A DNA stretch of 64,000 nt from Pseudomonadota bacterium (GTDB lineage: Bacteria; Myxococcota; JACRCW01; JAFGSX01). The DNA lies in assembly GCA_043821645.1 (NCBI GenBank), contig JBDRCO010000042.1:26457-90456 (forward strand), in the 5' to 3' direction. Made by a program: the position numbers and the translations under genes. The notes beneath the pieces are model-generated. The model was not told the DNA's origin, searched no databases, and saw nothing but the letters and a program-made list of their open reading frames with translations. Of the stretch, positions 9,337 through 17,342 are shown piece by piece. Position 1 is the first letter of the stretch, and every line of letters starts with the position of its first letter.

Positions 9337-11121
9337 TCACTTTTTTGTCGACGGGGGAGGGGGCGGGGCGGGGGAGGGGGTCGCTGACCGGGACTCGCCC
9401 CCGCGCAGGCCGAGCAGGCCCCCGAAGAAGCCCCGGGCACTGGCTCCCAGGGAGCGCACCCGGTAGCCCCCCTCCTGCACCACCAGGGTGGGCAGACCGA
9501 GCTCGCCGATGCGGCGGCCGTTGGCGGCGAAGTCTGCGGCGCGCAGGGTGAAGGATCCGGTGGGGTCGTCCTTGCCCGTGTCGTAGCCCAGGCAGACCAC
9601 CAGGTAGGCCGGCTTGAAGCGGCGGATCCGGGCCAGGGCCTGATCCAGGGCCTTGAGGTAGGCCGGCCCGTCCAGGCCCTCGGGGAGCGGCAGGTTGAGG
9701 TTGAAGCCCTTGCCCGGGCCCTCGCCGGTCTCGTTGTCGAAGCCGCTGAAGTAGGGGTAGCTCAGGCGCGGGGTGCCATGGATGGACACGGTGAGCACGT
9801 CGTCGCGCTGGTAGAAGATGTCCTGGGCGCCGTTGCCGTGGTGGTAGTCCACGTCCAGGATGGCCACCTTGCCGTAGGTCGACAGCTCATGGGCCGCCAC
9901 CGCCGCTGTGTTGAAGTAGCAAAAGCCGCCGAATACCCGACGCTCGGCGTGGTGGCCAGGGGGCCGCACCAGGGCGTAGGCCAGGGGGTAGCCGCCGAGC
10001 AGGGCGTGGGCGCCGCTGAGGCCGCAGTCCACGGCCCGGCGCGCCGCCAGGTAGGCGTTGCGGTTGAGCGGGGTGAAGGTGTCGATGCAGTAGTAGCCCG
10101 CGCGCAGTGGAAGCTCCCGGGGCGGCCGGGTCGCGTTGCGCACCGGGAACACATAGGGATAGACGGACTCGCCCTCGTCCAGGCTCAAGCAGGCGCGCCT
10201 CAAGTAGTCCACGAACTCCTTGTCGTGCACCGCCTTGATGGCGTCCTCGGAGAAGTGGTTTACCCGCATGCGCTCGAACCAGCCCGTGGGCTCCAGGCCG
10301 CGCAGGATCGAGCGGATGCGCGCCGGCGCCTCGACGTAGCCGCGCTCGCGCACGTGGTGGATGTCGTGCTTGTCGTTGACGTACAGGGCGATCTTGCGCG
10401 GCCGCACCGGCTCAGGCTCGGTCTTCTTCTTCTGGTAGCGCGGGGGCCTGAGCTGCACCGGGTCGTCGACGATGGAGTCGAGGATCATGCTGTTGTATTC
10501 GGGCGAGCAGGTGCCCTTGTACTTGCGCTCCAGGATCACCCTCACCGCGGCCCGCACCTGGTCCCGGCTCGGCAACGTGGCCGGCCCCAGCAGATCCAGC
10601 ACCAGGTAGGGAGGATCCGTGGTGCCCGGCTTCACCGGCGTCTCGTAGCGGGTGTTGGCCAGGGGCCTGGCCCCCCAGCGCTCGTAGAAGCGGAGTCGCG
10701 CCGCGTTCTGGGCCCGGATGACAGGGTCCGGGGACAGCCCCGGGTCGTCGGGCAAGCACTCGAAGTACAGGGCGTGGGCGCCCAGGGCCAAAGATTCCTC
10801 GCGCACGCGCTCGTACAGGGCTCCACCCACGCCGCCCGAGGTGATCTTGGGTGCGGTGGCGATGAAGTCGAGGTAGCAAAAGCCCGCGTCCGGGGCGTGC
10901 AGCAGCAGGGCAAAGCCCTTGACCTGGCCGCGGTCGTTCTCGGCGGCCAGCAGCACCGCGCGAAAGCCAAACTTCAGCGGGTTGTCGAGCTGGCGCGGGA
11001 TCTTGGCGACGTCTTCGGCCTTCAGGGCTCCGAACTGGGCGCGCAGGATCTCCTGCACCTGGGCAATGGCGCTCTGGTTGGCGGGGGTGGTGGTGTCGGC
11101 GATTTTTCGGATGCGGAACAT
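9337..11121 (-). CDS. GNAT-like domain fused to a Zn-dependent histone deacetylase-family (acetylpolyamine amidohydrolase-like) domain
   Basis: N-terminal 'YLDFIAT...GGVGGALY...ARLRFYERWG'. C-terminal 'RPPGHHA', 'GGFCYFN', 'LDVDYHHGNG', 'GYD..KDD', 'QEGGY'. Confidence 0.9.
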   Translation of the reverse strand: MFRIRKIADTTTPANQSAIAQVQEILRAQFGALKAEDVAKIPRQLDNPLKFGFRAVLLAAENDRGQVKGFALLLHAPDAGFCYLDFIATAPKITSGGVGGALYERVREESLALGAHALYFECLPDDPGLSPDPVIRAQNAARLRFYERWGARPLANTRYETPVKPGTTDPPYLVLDLLGPATLPSRDQVRAAVRVILERKYKGTCSPEYNSMILDSIVDDPVQLRPPRYQKKKTEPEPVRPRKIALYVNDKHDIHHVRERGYVEAPARIRSILRGLEPTGWFERMRVNHFSEDAIKAVHDKEFVDYLRRACLSLDEGESVYPYVFPVRNATRPPRELPLRAGYYCIDTFTPLNRNAYLAARRAVDCGLSGAHALLGGYPLAYALVRPPGHHAERRVFGGFCYFNTAAVAAHELSTYGKVAILDVDYHHGNGAQDIFYQRDDVLTVSIHGTPRLSYPYFSGFDNETGEGPGKGFNLNLPLPEGLDGPAYLKALDQALARIRRFKPAYLVVCLGYDTGKDDPTGSFTLRAADFAANGRRIGELGLPTLVVQEGGYRVRSLGASARGFFGGLLGLRGGESRSATPSPAPPPPPSTKK

Positions 11122-11236
11122 GGCACCTCGTGGCGGGCTACGGTTGCTGTGTGTGCGCTAATATGACGAGCCCGTCGTCGCTGCGCAAGCACTGCGCGAT
11201 TTACAGCGCGGCCCCCGCTTGCCACAATGCGTAGCC

Positions 11237-11998
11237 ATGAAGATGGACCCACAGCGCTACTACGACGCCTTCAGCGAGGGCTACGACTCCCGACGGCACG
11301 ATGGCTACCACGCCCTGCTCGACGAGCTCGAGAGCGCCCTGGTGCAGGCGTACTGCACGGATCGCCACGTCCTGGACGCGGGCTGCGGCACGGGCCTCAT
11401 CCTGCAGCGGGTGCAGCGCGAGCTGCGTTCCCTCGTCGGCGCGGATCTGTCGGGCGGCATGCTGCGCAAGGCGGCCACCCGCAGCACGGCCTCCCTGGTG
11501 CAGGCCAGCCTGACCCAGCTGCCCTTTGCCGATGCCAGCTTCGATGCCGCCTACAGCTTCAAGGTGCTGGCGCACATCCCCGACATCCGCGGAGCCGTGG
11601 CCGAGCTGGGGCGCGTGGTGAAACCCGGCGGCCACCTGCTGCTCGAGTTCTACAACCCGCTGAGCATTCGCGGCCTGCTGTGGCACCTCAAGCGACCGGG
11701 GCGCATCGCCCGCGGTGTGCGTGAGCGCGACGTGTTCGTGCGCTTTGACACCCCGCACCGGGCCCAGAGTTATCTGCCCGACAACTTCTCCGTCGTCGAG
11801 ACCCGGGGCATCCGGGTGGTCACGCCCTTTGCCCAGCTGCTGCGGATGCCTGGCCTGGGCCCCCTGGTGGCTGATGCCGAGCGCCTGCTGGCCACCAGTC
11901 CGGCGCGGGTGCTGGGCAGCTTTTTCGTGGTGGTGGCACAGCGTCGCGATGGAGGCGAGTGCTGCGACGACGCTCCGGCAGCGCCCAGGTCTCACTGA
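11237..11998 (+). CDS. Class I SAM-dependent methyltransferase
   Basis: 'VLDAGCGTG', 'LPFADASFD', 'RVVKPGG'. Confidence 0.9.
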   Translation: MKMDPQRYYDAFSEGYDSRRHDGYHALLDELESALVQAYCTDRHVLDAGCGTGLILQRVQRELRSLVGADLSGGMLRKAATRSTASLVQASLTQLPFADASFDAAYSFKVLAHIPDIRGAVAELGRVVKPGGHLLLEFYNPLSIRGLLWHLKRPGRIARGVRERDVFVRFDTPHRAQSYLPDNFSVVETRGIRVVTPFAQLLRMPGLGPLVADAERLLATSPARVLGSFFVVVAQRRDGGECCDDAPAAPRSH

Positions 11999-12004
11999 CC
12001 GCCG

Positions 12005-14194
12005 ATGGCACATTCTGATCCCAGCCCACCTCCCCCCGGTGCCCGGCCAGTGACCTGGCGTGACCGGTTGCGGCCCTGGTGGCTGCTGGTCGCTGCCATC
12101 GGCCTGCTGTTGACCTGGCTGGAGACCCTGCTGGCCGGCATCCGCGGCCTGCTCGCGCCCGGCGACGGTGCCTGGCTGTCCGCCCTGGTTGCACCCGGCC
12201 CTGGCCTGCTGTGCTGGACCTTGCTGGCGACACTGCTCGCGCCTGCCCTCGACCTGCTGGCGCGCTGGCTGCTGCCGCGCCTTGGCAAGCAGGTGGCGCT
12301 TCGCCTCGTCTGGCTCGGCTGGGCTGCCCTGCTGGGCGGGCTGCTGGCCGCGGTTCTGGCCGGGATGATGACCCTGCGCGCCGAGCGCATCACCGAGCGC
12401 GACTTCGCGGTCGTCACGGTGGCCCTGGCCGCGGCCGTCGGCGCTGTGGCGGGCGCGGGACTGCTGGTGCTCCTCGGCCTGAGGCGGGCACGCCCGCTCG
12501 AGGCCGCACGCGCCGGCTGGGCAGCAGGGTTGGTGGTGGCGCTGAGCACGGGCCTGGGCGTCGTGACCCTGGCCGGCTTGCTGTGTGCGTACGACCAGCA
12601 GCTGGCCTCGACGCGTGTTGTGCTGTGGCTGGCCGTGGGAGGTGGCCTGGTCCTGCTGGCCAGCCTGGTGGGTCTGGCCCTGCCCGCACTGCAGGCGAGC
12701 TGGCTCAACCTGGCGCGGGGCCGCTGGGCTACTGGTCTGCTGCTGGCGCTGGTCGTCGCCGGATGGGTGCTGGCCGCCGTCGTGCTGCACCTGCGGCCTG
12801 ACGCGTCCGCGGCCCTGCTGCGCAGTGGGGGCCCGGCGGCGCGCACGCTGCTGCTGCTGCGGCAGCTCAGCGATGTCGATGGCGACGGGGCCGCCGCCTG
12901 GCTCGGCGGTGGCGACTGCGCACCCTTCGATCGCCAGCGCCATCCCCTGGCCCTGGACATCCCGGGCAATGGCATCGACGAGAACTGCGATGGTGCCGAT
13001 GCGGCCCAGGCCAGCTCACTCCCCGGCGCCAGCAGCGCGCGCTTCGCCGCGGTTCCGGCCGACCTGGTGCGCAAGCGCAACGTGCTCCTCATCGGCATCG
13101 ATGCCCTGCGTGGCGATCACGTGGGTTTTGGTGGCTACCAGCGGCCGGTCACGCCCTATCTCGACCGCCTGGCGCGCCGAAGCTGGGTGTTCACCAACAC
13201 CCTGGCGGCCTCGTCGACCACCCGGCAGTCGGTGCCCGTCCTGTTCAGCGGGCGCTGGGTCAGCGGCCTGCGCTGGAACCCGGGCACGCCCGTGGACCAG
13301 CTCGACAAGAAGAACCTGATGCTGCCCGAGATCCTCAAGGCGGCGGGCTATCGCACCATGGCGGTGGTCGACGAGTGGCTGCCCAAGTTCCTGAGCAGCT
13401 TCAACCAGGGCTTTGACAGCTTCGAGGCGGCCTACGGCGTGGGCCACTGGACAGAGCACGGCCAGTTTGCCGCCCCCTACAGCACGGCCCTGGCCCTGCA
13501 ACGCATGTTCGAGCGCGACCCCAAGAAGCCCTACTTCTTATATGTGCACTACGAGGCGCCGCACTTCCCCTACGTGGCCCACCCCGAGGTGGCGGACTTC
13601 GGTGCCCGCCCCATCGACCTGTACGATGCCGAGATCGCCTACGTGGACCGCGCCGTGGGTCAGCTGCTCGAGATGTTCGAGGCCCGGGGATGGCTCACCG
13701 ACACCCTGATCGTTGTCTTCGGCGATCATGGCCAGGAGTTCAAGGAGCACGGCCGCACCAAGCATTCGCGCGCCCTCTTCGTCGAGAGCGTGCATGTGCC
13801 TCTGCTGCTGCACGTGCCCGGGCAGGCGCCCCGCGTCGTGCCCCAGCGCGTGTCCCTGGTCGACGTCGCGCCGACCCTGCTCGACCTGCTCGGGTTGCCG
13901 GCGCCGGACTTCAAGCCCCAGGGCCGCAGCCTGCTGTACCCGCTGCTCACCGGGAGCAGCTCCGACGACAGGGCCTTTCTGGCAGAGCTGCTGATCATCG
14001 AGGGCGGCAAGCACGAGGACCTCAAGTCCCTGCTGCTGGGTCGCCACAAGTTGATCTGGAACATGACCAGCGGCGAGAAGCTGCTGTACGATGTGCAGGC
14101 CGATCCCGGGGAGCTCAAGGCCCTCGACGACGAGGCCCTGAAGCAGCAGCTGAGCCAGCGCCTGCAGCACGAGCTGGCCACCGCAGGCCAGTGA
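12005..14194 (+). CDS. Membrane-anchored alkaline-phosphatase-superfamily (sulfatase-like) hydrolase/transferase with a MopE-type metal-binding motif
   Basis: About 7 TM helices, then 'DCAPFD...DIPGNGIDENCDG', 'NVLLIGIDALR', 'HYEAPH', 'FGDHG'. No CxPxR motif. Confidence 0.85.
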   Translation: MAHSDPSPPPPGARPVTWRDRLRPWWLLVAAIGLLLTWLETLLAGIRGLLAPGDGAWLSALVAPGPGLLCWTLLATLLAPALDLLARWLLPRLGKQVALRLVWLGWAALLGGLLAAVLAGMMTLRAERITERDFAVVTVALAAAVGAVAGAGLLVLLGLRRARPLEAARAGWAAGLVVALSTGLGVVTLAGLLCAYDQQLASTRVVLWLAVGGGLVLLASLVGLALPALQASWLNLARGRWATGLLLALVVAGWVLAAVVLHLRPDASAALLRSGGPAARTLLLLRQLSDVDGDGAAAWLGGGDCAPFDRQRHPLALDIPGNGIDENCDGADAAQASSLPGASSARFAAVPADLVRKRNVLLIGIDALRGDHVGFGGYQRPVTPYLDRLARRSWVFTNTLAASSTTRQSVPVLFSGRWVSGLRWNPGTPVDQLDKKNLMLPEILKAAGYRTMAVVDEWLPKFLSSFNQGFDSFEAAYGVGHWTEHGQFAAPYSTALALQRMFERDPKKPYFLYVHYEAPHFPYVAHPEVADFGARPIDLYDAEIAYVDRAVGQLLEMFEARGWLTDTLIVVFGDHGQEFKEHGRTKHSRALFVESVHVPLLLHVPGQAPRVVPQRVSLVDVAPTLLDLLGLPAPDFKPQGRSLLYPLLTGSSSDDRAFLAELLIIEGGKHEDLKSLLLGRHKLIWNMTSGEKLLYDVQADPGELKALDDEALKQQLSQRLQHELATAGQ

Positions 14195-14215
14195 CGCGAC
14201 CGGCTCCGGAGCGAG

Positions 14216-15991
14216 ATGGCCAATACACCGCAGCCCGCCCTGTCCTCGACGCCGCCACGCCCGCGACAGTGGCTGGGGGGTGTGGGGGTGCTGCTGCTGT
14301 TCCTGGCGCTGGCAGTGGCTCAGACCTGGGGCTACTTCGAGGGCTGGTCCTCGACCACGCGGGTGCGCGACTGGGTGGTCTACCAGGCTGCGCTGGAGAC
14401 CACGCGCCAGAGCGTGCGGGAGTACCGCGAAGTTCCCGCCTGGGACCCCTGGCGTTGCGGTGGTGCGCCGCACCTGGCCAACCCCTTCGTCGACGCCCTG
14501 TCGCCCTGGGGTGCGCTGGTGCTGCTGCTCGATGTGGCGCCGACGGTGCGCCTGAACGTGCTGGTGCACCTGCTGGCGGCCATGCTTGGCATGTGGTGGT
14601 GGGCGCGGCGGCGTGGCCTCGATGTCGTGCCCGCCCTGGCCGCGGCCCTGGCCTTTGGCCTGTCGGGCTTCTTCATCGCCGCCACCTCCTGGGGCTTTGC
14701 CTTCTTGCTGCCCGCCGCCTACCTGCCCCTGGTCCTCGCCGGCTACGAGGCAGGCCGCGAGCGCTGGACAGGGGCCTTGCCCGCCGCCGCTGCGGTCGCG
14801 CTCATGCTCCTCGAGGGCGGGCTGGGGGTAGCGCAGGCCAGCCTGTTCCTGCTGAGCCTGCTGGTGCTGATCGATCTGCGTCAGCATGCGCAGCCCAGGT
14901 TGCTCATCCTGCGCAGCGCGTCCGTCGTCGTGGTCGGCGCCCTGGTCCTGGCGGCGGTCAAGTGGTGGCCCATGGCCCTGCACCTGCAGCAGGCCGCGAT
15001 GGCGCCCCTGCAGAGCGACACCCTGACCCTGACCCAGCTGGTGGAGATCTTCCTCGGCCGCGACCTGGGTCATCGCGCGCCGGGCTTTCGCCTCGAACGC
15101 TTCGAGTACTTCGGCTACATGGGGCCGCTCGTCGTCGCGGCGGTGGCCTGGGGGCTGTGGCACGTGCGCGAGCCCGGCTTCTGGCGCATCTACGTGCTGG
15201 CGGGCCTGTGGACCTTGCTCGTGCTCGGCAACCAGGGACCCTGGCTGCCCTACGCCTGGCTCGGCCACCTGCCCTGGCTGCACGCCATGCTGAGTGCGCC
15301 GTCGCGACTGGCCGTGATGCTGGGTGCGCTGTGGGCCCTGGTGTTCGGGTTGGTCCTGCAGCGGGCGCTGGTGGCCCTGCGCGCGCGTTGGCCGGGTCGG
15401 CCCTGGCAGGCCGTGCTCGCCCTGGTGCCGCTGCTCCTGGTCGGCGATCAGCTCTGGCTGGCCCAGCGCGCCTGGCGTGTGCACCCCTTTGCCGGCGACG
15501 CCATCGCCCGCGAGCGCGGACCCTTTCACCTGGTCGACGGCGACCGGCCCTCGCAGCTTGCCAACCAGCGCCAGAACAAGGGCACGATCCGGTGCTACGA
15601 GCTGATGCCGGTCTCCCCCTCGAAGGTGCTGCGCCGGGGTGTGCAAAGCCAGGCCTGGCTCGAGCCGGCAAGCGCTGGCCAGCTCGAGGTCGAGCGGCAG
15701 AGCCCCAACCGCTGGATCCTCGACGTCAAGCTGGGTGCTGCGGCGCGCGTCCTGGTCAACCAGAACGCCGCCCCTGGCTGGAGCGTCGAGGGTGAACTGC
15801 CCGCCACCCTGCACTCCGTCGACGGGGTGCTGGCTCTGGACCTGCCGGCGGGGCAGGGCCGTCTCACGCTCCACTACCGCACGCCCGGGCTGCTCCCGGC
15901 GGCGCTGCTGTCCGCGCTGGCCTGGCTGGCGCTGCTGATCGGGATCCTGCGCGCGGGGTGGCGACGTCACCGCGTGGCCCACCCCTACTGA
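14216..15991 (+). CDS. YfhO-like polytopic membrane protein (GT-C-type glycosyltransferase-like)
   Basis: 'PAWDPWRCGGAPHLANP' motif, many TM segments, and a C-terminal 'NQNAAPGW' periplasmic domain followed by a final TM helix. Confidence 0.7.
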   Translation: MANTPQPALSSTPPRPRQWLGGVGVLLLFLALAVAQTWGYFEGWSSTTRVRDWVVYQAALETTRQSVREYREVPAWDPWRCGGAPHLANPFVDALSPWGALVLLLDVAPTVRLNVLVHLLAAMLGMWWWARRRGLDVVPALAAALAFGLSGFFIAATSWGFAFLLPAAYLPLVLAGYEAGRERWTGALPAAAAVALMLLEGGLGVAQASLFLLSLLVLIDLRQHAQPRLLILRSASVVVVGALVLAAVKWWPMALHLQQAAMAPLQSDTLTLTQLVEIFLGRDLGHRAPGFRLERFEYFGYMGPLVVAAVAWGLWHVREPGFWRIYVLAGLWTLLVLGNQGPWLPYAWLGHLPWLHAMLSAPSRLAVMLGALWALVFGLVLQRALVALRARWPGRPWQAVLALVPLLLVGDQLWLAQRAWRVHPFAGDAIARERGPFHLVDGDRPSQLANQRQNKGTIRCYELMPVSPSKVLRRGVQSQAWLEPASAGQLEVERQSPNRWILDVKLGAAARVLVNQNAAPGWSVEGELPATLHSVDGVLALDLPAGQGRLTLHYRTPGLLPAALLSALAWLALLIGILRAGWRRHRVAHPY

Positions 15992-16008
15992 GCCGGAGTG
16001 CGCGCCCC

Positions 16009-17340
16009 ATGCTGAAGTTCTTCTCCTCCCGACCCGACGCCCCGCTGCTCGACGACGCCGCCGAGATCGCCCGCCGCTACCGCCGCGGTCGCTGGCTCAC
16101 CTTCGTCTCCATCACCCTCGGCTATGGCTTCTTCTACACCGCACGCCTGTCGCTGTCGGTGGCCAAGAAACCCATGATCGACGAGGGCATCGTCAACGCC
16201 GAGCAGCTTGGCACCATAGGCTCGGCCCTGCTGCTCACCTATGCCTTTGGCCGCTTCACCAATGGCTTCCTGTCCGATCGCGCCCACATCGGACGCTTCA
16301 TGGGCGCCGGCCTGCTCATCTCGGCCCTGCTCAACCTGGCCTTCGGCTTTTCGAACCTGTTCCCGGTCTTCGTCGTGCTGTGGGCCTTCAACGGCTGGTT
16401 CCAGTCCATGGGCAGCGCCCCCAGCGTGGTCAACATCTCGCACTGGTTCTCGAGCCGCGAGCGGGGCACGCGCTACGGCGTGTGGAGCACCGCGCACAGC
16501 CTGGGCGAGGCCATGACCTTCGTGCTGACCTCGGTGCTGGTGGCGACCCTGGGCTGGCGCGCCGCCTTCTGGGGTCCTGGCACCATCTGCGCCCTGGTGG
16601 CGGTGGTGCTGTTCTTCGCCATCCTCGACCGGCCCCGCAGCTACGGCCTGCCCACCGTCGCCGACTTCCGCGACGACCACGCCGTTGCCTCGCGCAGCGA
16701 GGCCAGCACCTGGGAGTTGCAGCTCGAGGTGCTCAAGAGTCCGGCGGTGTGGATCCTGGGTCTGGCCGGGGCCTCGCTGTACGTGGCGCGCTACGGCGTC
16801 AACAACTGGATGGTGCTGTACTTCCAGGAAGCCAAGCACTACGAGCTGCTGGCCGCGGGCTTCAACCTGTCGGTGTTCACCGTCGCTGGCCTCGTCGGCA
16901 CCGGCCTGTCCGGCGCCATCTCCGACTACTTTTTCAAGTCGCAACGCGGGCCCGTCATCGTGCTCTATGGCGTGGGGCTGGTGACGGCGCTGAGCCTGGT
17001 CTTCATCACCCCGGCCGAGGCGGTGTGGATGGACCGCGGTCTCATGGCTGTCGGAGGCTTCGCCATGGGCGGCCTGGTCACCTTCCTGGGTGGCCTCGCC
17101 GCCGTCGACATCTGCCCCAAGCGCGCCACCGGCGCTGCCATGGGCATGATCGGCCTGTTCAGCTACCTCGGCGCCGCGGTGCAGGACCAGGTCTCGGGCA
17201 GCCTCCTGCAAGCCAGCAAGACCGTGGTCGACGGCGTGGCCCGCTACGACTTCGACGTGGTGTTCCTGTTCTGGATCGGTGCGGCGGCGCTGTCGGTCTT
17301 GCTCTCTCTGGTGCTGTTCCGCTTCAAGCAGGTGGACTGA
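16009..17340 (+). CDS. MFS transporter, organophosphate:Pi antiporter (GlpT/UhpC/PgtP) family
   Basis: 'GYGFFYTARLSLS', 'NGWFQSMG', 'HWFSSRERG', 'AVDICPKRATGAAMG'. Start re-called at ATG 16009. Confidence 0.9.
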   Translation: MLKFFSSRPDAPLLDDAAEIARRYRRGRWLTFVSITLGYGFFYTARLSLSVAKKPMIDEGIVNAEQLGTIGSALLLTYAFGRFTNGFLSDRAHIGRFMGAGLLISALLNLAFGFSNLFPVFVVLWAFNGWFQSMGSAPSVVNISHWFSSRERGTRYGVWSTAHSLGEAMTFVLTSVLVATLGWRAAFWGPGTICALVAVVLFFAILDRPRSYGLPTVADFRDDHAVASRSEASTWELQLEVLKSPAVWILGLAGASLYVARYGVNNWMVLYFQEAKHYELLAAGFNLSVFTVAGLVGTGLSGAISDYFFKSQRGPVIVLYGVGLVTALSLVFITPAEAVWMDRGLMAVGGFAMGGLVTFLGGLAAVDICPKRATGAAMGMIGLFSYLGAAVQDQVSGSLLQASKTVVDGVARYDFDVVFLFWIGAAALSVLLSLVLFRFKQVD

Positions 17341-17342
17341 GC

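Noticed and set aside
11130-11225. Sigma54-like GG...TTGC boxes upstream of the methyltransferase
   Set aside because: Spacing is GG-N9-GC rather than the required N10.
16380-17342. N-terminal 321 aa of the 1210-aa track ORF, suggesting a giant fusion
   Set aside because: It overlaps the MFS gene out of frame and is Arg/Pro/Gly-rich. The real gene starts at about 17343.
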